Program-made: the position numbers and the translations under genes
Notes under the pieces: generated by a model
Databases searched by the model: none
Told to the model about the DNA's origin: nothing
Seen by the model: the letters and a program-made list of their open reading frames with translations, nothing else
DNA from: Desulfatiglandales bacterium
GTDB taxonomy: Bacteria; Desulfobacterota; DSM-4660; Desulfatiglandales; Desulfatiglandaceae
Direction: 5' to 3'
NCBI GenBank assembly: GCA_963662465.1
Contig: OY759599.1
Span: 320,001 to 384,000, forward strand
DNA: 64,000 nucleotides
In this document: piece after piece, positions 39,620 through 49,247 of the stretch
Position numbering within the stretch: the stretch's first letter is position 1
Layout: each line of letters begins with the position of its first letter

Positions 39620-40360
39620 ATGGCGAAAAAATGGTTTTCACAATTCATCTGGCTCTTTGCTGCTCTTTGGTTTATTTTCCCACTGACCTCCCACGCAGCC
39701 ACAGTAGATGTTATTGGCGAGGCAAATTTATCCGATACCACCCTTTCCGTAAATATCTACACCAATACCGCTGCAAATATTCTGAGCTTTGGCATAAAGC
39801 TGACGTACAGCGCCGCTGATCTGACAGTGACCAGCGTGGAAAGAAACAATGACACCTGGTATTTCGGCAATGCTTCAACAACCTATCCCTACATCTCCCC
39901 TGATTCTTCAACCCAAGGAAAGGTGACTATCATTGGTGGGTTGTTGGATACTGGAAACCCTACTGGTGGCGTTACAGGCCAAAAGATTCTATTGGCAACG
40001 GTTAATTTCAATAGAAAAACCGGATCTGCTCCATCACTTTCGCTCTCATACGCCAAGGCAGCGCCATATAAGAATTTCGTCTCCACTACCGGCATTGTTT
40101 ATGACGATATGAGTCAAGGCATTTCATTCAGCGTTGGCTTTGGTTCGACATGTTCGCAGTGTACGGGTGATCCTGTTGAACTCGAAGGCGTTACTTTTGA
40201 AGCTGGAATTGCCTGTGAATGTAAAGCCATCACTTCGATTACCATCGGTCCAAATGTAATAATTAGAAAAGGAGCCAATATCACATTTAATGCTCCGAAA
40301 ATAATTGTCAAAAGCTGGTTTAAAGCGGAAAATGGTTCTATTGTCAAAATGCAGCAATAG
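39620..40360 (+). CDS. Secreted cohesin-like protein with Cys-containing C-terminal domain
   Basis: Signal peptide ending SHA-A; ILSFGIKLTY..LTVTSV..GKVTI..LLATVNF beta-sandwich pattern (inference). Confidence 0.7.
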   Translation: MAKKWFSQFIWLFAALWFIFPLTSHAATVDVIGEANLSDTTLSVNIYTNTAANILSFGIKLTYSAADLTVTSVERNNDTWYFGNASTTYPYISPDSSTQGKVTIIGGLLDTGNPTGGVTGQKILLATVNFNRKTGSAPSLSLSYAKAAPYKNFVSTTGIVYDDMSQGISFSVGFGSTCSQCTGDPVELEGVTFEAGIACECKAITSITIGPNVIIRKGANITFNAPKIIVKSWFKAENGSIVKMQQ

Positions 40361-40396
40361 CTGTGTGATCATTTAGACTTGCCGCCGATACTGGAA

Positions 40397-40451
40397 AGCC
40401 CTACCCTATGTAGGGCTTTGTTGTTTGTGTCGATTGTGGGGCCTCTGAGGG
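40397..40451 (+). repeat. Imperfect direct repeat with hairpin, copy 2
   Basis: Matches 37692-37749. Confidence 0.8.
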
Positions 40452-41253
40452 GTTCTGAGCTGGCATAAAAAAGGGCAGATAGTAGCTGCTACCCCCCTTG
40501 ACCTACCGCAATGGCCTATACCTGCCCCGGCGATGGGCCTTGCTACGCCTGGCTGGCTCCGGTACCAGGTAGCAATCTTGTTATGCTTCTTTTGACCTAA
40601 GACTAACGCTCGATCTGGTTACCCTATTCCACTCTGGAATAATCTAAATTACGCAAATAATGCAGCTTATCATCTACGTCAAGAGTGTTTAATTTGCGTT
40701 TTTGCTCCGGGTCTAACTTACATTTCGCACTAAAAAACCAAGTTTTCAGGGTTTAATGTGTGAAGCGGCCAAAGGGGCAACTTCACAAATAATAGGAGGA
40801 AAAGATTGTCCCGGACAGGGTCAAATTCATGTGCTATGTATATAACACATGAGGCTTGCAAAATTGATGGAAAATAATGTTGTTAAGCGATAAATAAGAT
40901 ATAGTTCCATCCTTTGACTATATTATTACGCCTCATAAAAGTGAACAGGGAGGCGTTATGGAGCAATTTGAAACACGGTTCAAACGAGTCGACTTGGGCG
41001 CTAACCAAAATGGAACCAGTTTTGCTACTCCAAACGGAACCAGATATTGCGCACTGGTCTTTTCCTTTTAGAAGGGTTTTCTTGTAAATTTGTTAGAGGT
41101 TGCATGAAAGAGTATATCAGATGGTATTTTAAAAATGCTGGTGAGACACGTAGCGTTCTGGTTGAAGAATCAGTGATGAGGATACCATCAATATGGTGAT
41201 GGCAGAGAAGAGGGGATTAGATTTTTCGGTTAAGGGCAATGCTTATTGAGGAA

Positions 41254-41451
41254 CTATTTGTCTATGTCATAGTCGTCCGGTAAATTCAGGAGGCCTCCCT
41301 TCGCCAATTGATCCTCAATCAAATATCCAATTTCCCCGTTTTTTTTCAGCTGTAGAATCATCCATTTGGGGAGACGAATGGTGAGCAGTTCACGTCTCAA
41401 ATGTTCCGGTTTCTTTCTTCGGCCGGCGCCTACCCGTTTTCCACCTCTCAT
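41254..41451 (-). CDS. Small DNA-binding protein (RGGxRxGAGR plus RHH-like TIRLP)
   Basis: MRGGKRVGAGRRKK...TIRLPKW. Confidence 0.6.
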   Translation of the reverse strand: MRGGKRVGAGRRKKPEHLRRELLTIRLPKWMILQLKKNGEIGYLIEDQLAKGGLLNLPDDYDIDK

Positions 41452-41492
41452 TTCAAGCTCCGAGACAAGGTAATTTCTGATATTCGTGTAAC

Positions 41493-41538
41493 GAGATTCA
41501 AACAGACCGGTGAGATTCAAACAGACCGGTGATATTCA
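41493..41538. repeat. 19-bp tandem repeat downstream of istB
   Basis: GAGATTCAAACAGACCGGT twice plus partial GATATTCA. Confidence 0.85.
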
Positions 41539-41568
41539 GACCTCAAAACCGGCCCTTTGGCGAACATC

Positions 41569-42288
41569 TCATTTTCTGAGGGAAGGACCATCAATATGAA
41601 TGTTGATGCAGCGATGGTTGAGACGATCCAGCAAGGCATCGACCATGTCCTTTGGTTCAAGCAGCGAATACCATTGTTCAGGTTGAAGATTGGTCGTAAT
41701 AATTGTGGACCGACCGGCTTCATAGCGATCTTTCATGAGTTTAAAAAAGGCGTTCATCTGCTCTTTTTTGAGGGTCAGGTATCCCAGTTCATCGAGCAGA
41801 AGCAGGTCATATCTGCAAAGGGCATTGAGGAGTTTCGGGGTGGACCGATCTGCCAAAGACGCATAGAGCTGATCCAGCAAATCCTGAACATTATAAAAAC
41901 GCCCCCGGTACCCGGCAATAATGGCTTGACGAAGGATCCCCACGGCCAATCCCGTTTTGCCGACGCCGGTTTTTCCATGGAACACGATGTTTTCTCTTCG
42001 GCTGATAAAGTCAAGGCCGGACAACGTCATGATCCGGCTCTTCTGTATTCCCGGCTGAAGATCAAACGGAAAGGAGTTGAGGGTCCATTCCCATGGAAGC
42101 TTTGCAATCTGGACCCGATAGATCATGCTGCGCTCCTGCCGGAAACGTAATTCCTCAGCCAGGAGATTGTAGATGACCTCGTGAATGGAAAAACCGTTCT
42201 TTTCAGCCGAAGCCAACTGTTCTTCGAGAGCCTTCAGCATGCCTTTAAACTTCAAATCAATGAGTAACTGTTCAATTTTCTTTTTCAT
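41569..42288 (-). CDS. istB: IS21-family AAA+ helper ATPase
   Basis: GKTGVGKT, LLLLDELGY, STIITTN, ALLDRL.H, GPSLR. Confidence 0.95.
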   Translation of the reverse strand: MKKKIEQLLIDLKFKGMLKALEEQLASAEKNGFSIHEVIYNLLAEELRFRQERSMIYRVQIAKLPWEWTLNSFPFDLQPGIQKSRIMTLSGLDFISRRENIVFHGKTGVGKTGLAVGILRQAIIAGYRGRFYNVQDLLDQLYASLADRSTPKLLNALCRYDLLLLDELGYLTLKKEQMNAFFKLMKDRYEAGRSTIITTNLQPEQWYSLLEPKDMVDALLDRLNHRCINIHIDGPSLRK

Positions 42289-43667
42289 AGATCAAAAAAG
42301 TCTCCCGCGATATAATCGAGAATAATGTTTTCCAGACGCGACAAATCAAAAAGTCCATATTTAAGCGCCTGTGTTATGGCTTTCAAAAAAGGTTCCCCGG
42401 GATAAGTGCGTTTCAGATGAAGCAACCGACGTAACTTGACCACACCGCGACCGTGACTTCTTTTCTTCAGTTCAGCCACATACTCATCCAGGATGGCATC
42501 CTCTCCCGTCAACAGCTGTTCTTCTTTTGAAGGGATTCGGGGATCTTTTTTTCTTCGAATGGGAACATGGTGACCGGGCAGGGTTGTTCGGGTGTTGCGT
42601 TTATCCAGTATGCGGTCATGTTCCGCCACTTTTGTGTTTTTGTCGTAAACGATGACCTTGAGCCAATGTTTCTGTACTTCCAGGGAGTTCCCAATCAGCG
42701 CTTCAGGGACTGAATAGCGGTTGGTGTCCAAGTGCACATATCCCTGAACATCGGCTACCCTGTGTTCTGCCACATAGACTGGCGGCTGGTATGCCGGTAA
42801 ATCAATGAGATATGGCTTTTCAATGACATAGGCCTCATCCGGCGTCATCCCTAAAGCCCGTTTAAACTTTTTATCGCTTGTATTCCGGCACCAGTCGATT
42901 GCCTGCCGGTTCAAATCCTGCCAGCTAACAAATGTTCTACCGGGAAGAAAATTGTTTTCCACAAAATGAAAAGGCCTTTCCACACGGGCACTTCGATTGG
43001 CGTCTCCTACAGCATGGGCCTCAAACCGGGTTCCATACATATCGCCGAAGTATTTCATTTCAGGCGCAATCAATGCATCAGGCCCGGTGCCGCCGGCCAC
43101 AATAACATTGGTGTTGTCAACCATGCACCGGGAACACACCCCGTCCATAAACTCGAATGCTTTTTTTAGGAAAACCTTGCACTCAAACCGGGTAAAACAG
43201 GGGTAATACTGAATAAAAATCCTTCGGCAAAAGGCCAGGGTCAGGGACGCGCACTGGGTCGACATTTTTTTCCCATTAATGACAACCAGATGGGGTGACG
43301 TATCATGCTGCATCTCCTGACCGGGTTTAAAATGGTATTGGCCCGCCCGTCTTTTTTTACGTTCCCGGATCTCGTACTTTCTCATAATCCAGGTCAGACT
43401 CTGATAAGGGATTTTGATCTGTTGGCGGCTTTCCAGTTCCTCGGCTACTCGCACGGCATTTCCTTTACATTCCTTGAAAAGCTCGCGGATCAACGGGACA
43501 TGTTCTTCATACCGGGAGTTCCTTTGGGGTACCGCCTCTTCGTCATGATCATCTAAAACCTTCGTGACGGTATTGCGACCGGCCTTCAGGGTTTTGGCGA
43601 TGTCGCGCAAACTCATGCCGGTTTTTTTCAATTCCACAATGGCATCTTTTTTGGATTGTCGGATCAT
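42285..43667 (-). CDS. istA: IS21-family DDE transposase
   Basis: N-terminal HTH, PGQEMQHD, VDN, RVERPF, NRYSVP; ATGA-coupled to istB. Confidence 0.93.
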   Translation of the reverse strand: MIRQSKKDAIVELKKTGMSLRDIAKTLKAGRNTVTKVLDDHDEEAVPQRNSRYEEHVPLIRELFKECKGNAVRVAEELESRQQIKIPYQSLTWIMRKYEIRERKKRRAGQYHFKPGQEMQHDTSPHLVVINGKKMSTQCASLTLAFCRRIFIQYYPCFTRFECKVFLKKAFEFMDGVCSRCMVDNTNVIVAGGTGPDALIAPEMKYFGDMYGTRFEAHAVGDANRSARVERPFHFVENNFLPGRTFVSWQDLNRQAIDWCRNTSDKKFKRALGMTPDEAYVIEKPYLIDLPAYQPPVYVAEHRVADVQGYVHLDTNRYSVPEALIGNSLEVQKHWLKVIVYDKNTKVAEHDRILDKRNTRTTLPGHHVPIRRKKDPRIPSKEEQLLTGEDAILDEYVAELKKRSHGRGVVKLRRLLHLKRTYPGEPFLKAITQALKYGLFDLSRLENIILDYIAGDFFDL

Positions 43668-44548
43668 AATTGGGTCGCTTTCTTGAGTTCCAGTGCTTGT
43701 TTTTCTATCTTTTTCACCCAGGTTTTGAGCGTTTGTTTCTTCAACTGATCGCTTTTTGGGTAATGGACATGCGAAACGGTTTTCACCAGACGTTTGAGAA
43801 CCGCATATACCATTTCAATATCCTTGAACCATTTGCCTTCCGGTCCATCATGAACTTCTTTGGCTTGTTTAGACTGGGTTCTTTGTTCGAGAACTTTTAT
43901 GAAAAGGGATGGATTTTCCAGCATGTGGTCTCGAACAGACCGGTTGCTTTTCTGGTAATGTGCGTAGAAACGGGCCAGTTCCCTTGTGGATAGAGGTTCT
44001 TTTTCCAGGTGGGCCAACAGTTTTTGTGCGTCTTCACCGTTGGCGCGCGCCAACGGCGCCATGACACGGCTGGCAGCCCAGGTTGAAAGTGAGCCTGCAA
44101 TCACGGTTCTCAAAATATTTTCCGGCAGGGCTTCAACCAGGTCCAGCCGCCGTTTTACAAAACTCTTGTCGCGCCCTATTCGGGTTGCAATATGGGAGAG
44201 GCTGCACCCAAAACGCCGATGTAATTCCTGAAGTAAAACAGACTGCTCAATGACTTCCCATTGCCGTTCATTGGCCTTGGTTAAAAGCGAAAACATGGCA
44301 TTTTGTTCGTTTTCTTTTGAGAATTGGACACATATCCGGTCCTTTCCACAAGCACAAAGCGCTCGAACACGCAGGTAGCCATCAATCAGAATCAGTTTGT
44401 CTTTTTCTTCAATAGCCAGGGCCGGAACGATCTGCCCGTAAGTTTCGATGGAATCCCTCAATCGCTTTAAAGCCTGGTGATTCATTATCCGGCAATGAGC
44501 GTAACGCAACTCCAGCAAATGAATATCAACGGTTCGGATGGATTCCAT
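43664..44548 (-). CDS. ParB/RepB/Spo0J-family protein
   Basis: LRDSIETYGQIVP, LIDGYLRVRA, HTH IATRIGRDKSFVKRRL; ATGA-coupled to istA. Confidence 0.88.
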   Translation of the reverse strand: MESIRTVDIHLLELRYAHCRIMNHQALKRLRDSIETYGQIVPALAIEEKDKLILIDGYLRVRALCACGKDRICVQFSKENEQNAMFSLLTKANERQWEVIEQSVLLQELHRRFGCSLSHIATRIGRDKSFVKRRLDLVEALPENILRTVIAGSLSTWAASRVMAPLARANGEDAQKLLAHLEKEPLSTRELARFYAHYQKSNRSVRDHMLENPSLFIKVLEQRTQSKQAKEVHDGPEGKWFKDIEMVYAVLKRLVKTVSHVHYPKSDQLKKQTLKTWVKKIEKQALELKKATQL

Positions 44549-44945
44549 ACCCAGTCTCCCGAAAGATTTCCTCTATGGTTTCTCCAAGACTGACCCAATT
44601 TCCTTGCCGGATCTCCTTTACCTGTTTCACAATCACAGGACGTCTGGGAAGCGAAAGAACCTGAAACAGACGGCCATCAAACCCAATCAGATCCTTGTCC
44701 AACAAGCCATCGCGGGCATCGATATATTGATCCAAATGCACCTTTAAAATCCGGCAGATTCTGTCGTAACCATAATAAGAGAGCCCGTTTTTGTCAGATA
44801 CCAACACCAGAAAAATGTAGAGCAGCAGCTCATGATGATTCAGGCTCTCCCAAAAGCCGTTTCTCAAAAAACGATGCTCCAGAAAGCCGAAGCTTCCATT
44901 GATGACACGCACTCTTTCGGGAAAAAGGACTCTTTTTTTGATCAT
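44526..44945 (-). CDS. Winged-helix-like accessory protein
   Basis: LLLYIFLVLVSDKNGLSYYGYDRICRIL; overlaps the parB start. Confidence 0.72.
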   Translation of the reverse strand: MIKKRVLFPERVRVINGSFGFLEHRFLRNGFWESLNHHELLLYIFLVLVSDKNGLSYYGYDRICRILKVHLDQYIDARDGLLDKDLIGFDGRLFQVLSLPRRPVIVKQVKEIRQGNWVSLGETIEEIFRETGYGIHPNR

Positions 44946-44957
44946 TTTTTTCTCCTG

Positions 44958-45377
44958 TCATGGATATGGGGTTTTCTCAAAGCCTGTTACATCTGAAAAA
45001 ACCCTCCCTGCATAAGCACGGCGAGGAAAATGGTCCACAACAACCCCGATCGACCCGCAAAAAAGACAGCTGGGTCGGTTCCCCGACCGCTTTTTGGGTT
45101 CAATATCACAGTCTTTTTGAGGTGTTGAACTATCATCACCAGGGTTCAGTCCATTTTTTTTGGATTTTTTTGTTTTTTCGTACAAACGACGGCGCTCTTT
45201 CCCTTTTTTCGAATTGCGGTATTTCCCCTGAGCTTTCCGGTGCAGCTGTCTTTGGCGTATCCTGCGACATCGTTCCCCACAATAGGCCTGGCCACGCCAA
45301 CACGACCGACAGACGTGAAAAAAGCAACCACAACATCGGCATTGAACCACTCTTAAAAGGACATCTCCCATCATTCC
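44958..45377 (-). CDS. Cys- and Arg-rich zinc-finger-like accessory protein
   Basis: CRCCGCFFHVCRSCWRGQAYCGERC, basic helix, C-terminal CLFCG. Confidence 0.7.
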   Translation of the reverse strand, partial: GMMGDVLLRVVQCRCCGCFFHVCRSCWRGQAYCGERCRRIRQRQLHRKAQGKYRNSKKGKERRRLYEKTKKSKKNGLNPGDDSSTPQKDCDIEPKKRSGNRPSCLFCGSIGVVVDHFPRRAYAGRVFSDVTGFEKTPYP

Positions 45378-45450
45378 GGCCTTGCAATTGGCCGGAAACA
45401 CACTTATATAAAATTGGCGTGTGTGTGGCTTCCGGCTCTATCCGGTGGTC

Positions 45451-45486
45451 AAAAAAGAAGGCCCGAAGCGGCTACTTCGGGCCTTC
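45451..45486 (-). terminator. Terminator-like hairpin upstream of the transposon operon
   Basis: GAAGGCCCGAAG-tagccg-CTTCGGGCCTTC followed by a T run on the minus strand. Confidence 0.7.
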
Positions 45487-47800
45487 ACCATCCATTCTAC
45501 AAAGTAAATCGCATTTCCACTTAACCAAGCCTCTGTCTTGGAAGAAGAAAACCAAATCCAAAGAAAATAGATTTTATAAAAATTTATTGAAAAGTAAATC
45601 TACATCAACGACTCCTTTGCCGCCACTTATGGATCCCTCATCGTCCGCTATACCTGAGGGCCGTACTCACTGGCGGTGACAGTCAATGGTTCAATTTCCA
45701 TTAGCAAACTTGGTTCAGTTTTGATTAGCGTTGAAGGAGTCGATGTATTCCCAATGGTCAAGCATTTTATGGATAAGCTTGATCTGTTCAATCTCTTTAC
45801 AAAGTATGTTCCGGCAGCACCCGATAGTCTCGCGAATCATGCTGAAAGCCTGTGCATATTAACAGCAAATATCATATGCGAGAACAAGCCACTTTACAAG
45901 ATTCAAGAGTGGTTGAGCCAATATTCCGATGGTCTTGTCGAAATGCCACTGGCGGCAAACCTTTTTAATGACGATCGACTTGCCAGGTCCCTTTCGGCGC
46001 TTTTTCGTTCAGACCGCAATTCGTTAATGACCGATGTGTCCGGAAACGCTATTTCTGTTCATAAATTGCTTACAGATGAAATTCATAATGACAGCACAAC
46101 GGTGACATTCATTGATAAATATGATAGCCCCGATTTGGAAGCGGTCAAGCTTAAACATGGGTACAACAAGGATTTCCGGCCTGACTGCAAACAGGTCGTA
46201 TTTGGTCTGAATATCACAGCAGATGGCCATGTTCCGCTGAGCTATAAACTTTTTGACGGCAATACCCCTGATGATGTCACGCATATACCGAACTGGAACG
46301 CTCTTCGTGCATTATTGGAAAAAGAAGATTTTATTTATGTTGCCGATTGCAAGCTGTGCAGCCAAAAGAATTTAAACCATATTGCAGAAAATGGTGGTTT
46401 TTTTATTACAATCGTCCCGAAGGATCGAAAAGAAGTTAAACGTTTCTTAAAGTATCTGAAAAAAAACGATGTAACATGGAAAGACGCTTTTAGCATTGAA
46501 AACTCACGGAAAAAAGGTGAGCTGAACATCTACAAAACATATGAGGCCGAACTAACAAAAAAAGGATACCGAATCATTTTTGTTCACAGCAGCCTAAAAC
46601 AGAAAGAGGATGAAGAAAGAAGACAAAAGAAAATAGAGAATGCAATTGGGAAATTAGAGCAGTTATCACCGAAACTAAATGCGTATCATTTAAAAACCAA
46701 AAAAGAGATCAAAGCAGCCATTGATAATATTTGCAAGGAAATTAAAGGGTTAGTCGATGTTGAGATATTGACTGAGCGCAAACAGGTTAGGGTGAAGGTA
46801 TCTCCCGGTAGGCCTTCCTTCGAAAGCGCCTACAAAAACAAATGGGAATTTACGTACAGCATTCAATGGAAATTAAACGAACAAACCATCGCCGAAACGT
46901 CAAAAACGGATGGGATTTTTCCGTTGATCACCAATACCAAACTTGAAGCCAGCGAAGTATTAGGAAAATATAAAAAGCAATCGTTCCTTGAAAAGCGTAT
47001 GTACACCAAAAAGACTGTTCTGGAAGTAGCCCCTGTTTTCCTAAAGAAGGAAAAGCGCATTGAAGCCATGCTCTTTCTATATTTTGTGGCATTAATGATA
47101 GTATCTTTTATCGAACGAAAAATACGCATGAATATGGCAAACGAAAACATAGAAAAATTGCCGATTTTGCCTCAGGGAATGAATACAAAAAAACCGACAT
47201 GGAACAACATCCGGTACTTCTTTCGGAATGTCCACTACTCGCAGATAGTTCGCGATGGAGTATGCATACAATCAGTAGTGAAAGGACTTAGATTCTTGCA
47301 TGAACAAATTAATCGGCTATTAGAAATCCCAGACACGATATATAAAAACCTCCAGGATGGTTGGTGGCAGTTTCAACATAATTGATCAGAATTTTTTTCG
47401 GAGATATTCAAGAAATATTTTCTGAGCGTGCGAAATGTAAGGTCTAATCTTGGATTATTGATTTTTATATTGTTTTTTTTACGGTTAATCAGTTGGTTGC
47501 GTAAACGCTGCTCCGCCGTTTCCTGGTATGGTGTTTCATATATGGATTTCATGATTTTTCTCCGCGCAAAGTGAAGTGTTGAAATAAATTGTAAAACGCA
47601 ATAGTTGTGCTTTGATAAGATTGCTTAACGCCATCGCCATCTTGGAGCGTGTAAATACAAGATATGGAATCAAGTTGATGGTAATAAATCAATGTAAAGT
47701 TTGGGTTCATTTTCTCAGTGTGAAAACGCAATAATTGTTTTGGAATCTTTAATTATATCAATATGTTTAGATACCTGTTTGAAAAAGAGCCGTATATTCT

Positions 47801-48679
47801 CTACCGGAACCTGGAATAATTTACCAATTTTAACCACTGTAAATCCCACTTACTTTTGGGGCCTTGCTTATGGGATTTGATATAATCCTTTTGAGCTTTG
47901 ATGTATTCAACCAGGTCTGGATAATTAAAAATCCCTTTATAAACTAGGAATTGTTGGGCCATTAATTCCATTGTGATATCATTTCTTGTGGAAAACTTCC
48001 CCCTGGTATTCCAGTTCAACAACCACTTTCCTAATTTTATTTTATTTATTATTTCGCCGGTAAGAAGATATTTCTTGGAATAATCTTCAAACCATTTGTC
48101 GATTTGAAATGCTAATAAATCGCCTATCTCTGTAATACCGGTTTTTTCCGTTACCTGTTTGGGATAGTAGATAAAGAATTCTTGGTGAATTGATGGAAGA
48201 TTAGAAACTTTTGAAACTCTTGCATAACGCCGGAAACCGAAAAACCTGGAAAAGTCCTTCCCGGTGATGGTACCGAATTTTTCTGGATCTGGTTCAAAGA
48301 TTTTATCAAAGTCGTTTTGATCAAAGATGTTTCGGTTTCTGGACCATTTCTTTCTTGTGTTCTTTATAAGTTTTCTTGTTTGTTCATCTGCTTCATTTCT
48401 GGAATTGCAACTCTGATCCTTGGCAATTTCTAAATGAGATATTTTGTAATCTTTGAGTATATGTTCATGGTCGAAAAGGATCTGGAGACAATCAAAAGTT
48501 GGGGCCACTATATCAATCTGTGATCTGTATTTCGTAAATTCCGTGGCTTTGTATTTGCCGTGAATATCAACAGATCTGCAATGTTGCGCCAATAGATCCA
48601 TTGGCAAAGCATCAATGATTGTGTTGGGATATTCCACGCTGTAAATCCAGATCCGATCAAAATAGTATATTGTTTCCAT
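47801..48679 (-). CDS. Hypothetical protein, possible replication initiator of element 2
   Basis: 292-aa ORF; HLEIAKD and YARVSK..HQE loosely resemble Rep_trans motifs (weak). Confidence 0.6.
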   Translation of the reverse strand: METIYYFDRIWIYSVEYPNTIIDALPMDLLAQHCRSVDIHGKYKATEFTKYRSQIDIVAPTFDCLQILFDHEHILKDYKISHLEIAKDQSCNSRNEADEQTRKLIKNTRKKWSRNRNIFDQNDFDKIFEPDPEKFGTITGKDFSRFFGFRRYARVSKVSNLPSIHQEFFIYYPKQVTEKTGITEIGDLLAFQIDKWFEDYSKKYLLTGEIINKIKLGKWLLNWNTRGKFSTRNDITMELMAQQFLVYKGIFNYPDLVEYIKAQKDYIKSHKQGPKSKWDLQWLKLVNYSRFR

Positions 48680-48769
48680 TGCCGCCCCTCAGCGGTATGC
48701 AGGGGCTGGATGATATGAGGGTATCATCCGCCCATTGCCCCATTGGCTGCCCCTGCAAGTGTTAAACTG

Positions 48770-48982
48770 TTAGTCCTCATCCTCTAGCATGATTTCGTGT
48801 AACAAAAATGACACGGCATCCTTGCTTAATTTCCCGGGAAATTGATCCCACGTTGCACCTGGCTCGATTGTAACGGGTAGCACCATTCTTTCCGTCGTTT
48901 CCTTCCCGTTTTCGGTCAACAAAACAATTTCGATTTCACCTGTTTGGCCTTCAATTTTTTTGGTATTTTTAACTTTATACAT
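48770..48982 (-). CDS. Small hypothetical protein
   Basis: AGGGGG RBS; overlaps the stop of the upstream HTH gene. Confidence 0.55.
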   Translation of the reverse strand: MYKVKNTKKIEGQTGEIEIVLLTENGKETTERMVLPVTIEPGATWDQFPGKLSKDAVSFLLHEIMLEDED

Positions 48983-49247
48983 TTTTATTTCCCCCCTTTG
49001 GTATCGGTTTAATCTTCCGTTTCTTCTTTGCTGGTTCTGGTTCTGGTTCCTGCAATTTTTCCAATATGATTTTAATTTCATTTTCTACGGTTTCCGGCAT
49101 GGGAGAAATGCCTCTTAACCACTGAGATAGTTGGCTTTGATTAATTCCAATGGCAAGGGCAAGGTCATATTGTGCTATGCCCACATTGCTTAATGCTTGC
49201 CTATGTGGATGCTCCGTGTATTCGTTCAATGTTATTTTATATTTCAT
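48975..49247 (-). CDS. XRE-family HTH regulator
   Basis: IAQYDLALAIGINQSQLSQWLRG. Confidence 0.8.
   Translation of the reverse strand: MKYKITLNEYTEHPHRQALSNVGIAQYDLALAIGINQSQLSQWLRGISPMPETVENEIKIILEKLQEPEPEPAKKKRKIKPIPKGGNKNV

Larger units (their letters stand above)
40993..45736 (-). mobile_element. IS21-like transposon (4744 bp) with ParB-like and accessory genes
   Basis: 7-bp TSD GAGTCGA (40986-40992 and 45737-45743); imperfect TIR CTT...CGCTAA.CAAAA..GAACCA..TTTGCTA with a second GAACCA repeat at each end. Confidence 0.9.
40958..47385 (+). pseudogene. IS1634-family transposase interrupted in codon 12 (558 aa when rejoined)
   Basis: MEQFETRFKRV-DVFPMVK rejoined; FNDDRLAR, HNDSTT, GYNKDFRPDCKQ, DGNTPD, VADCK, PVFLKKEKRIEA. 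Confidence 0.9.
40717..47441. mobile_element. IS1634-family element containing a nested transposon
   Basis: 14-bp TIR CTTACATTTCGCAC; 6-bp TSD GTCTAA (40711-40716 and 47442-47447). Confidence 0.92.

Noticed and set aside
45676..45743. Native start of the IS1634 transposase
   Set aside because: This stretch is the end of the nested transposon; the native start is ATG 40958.
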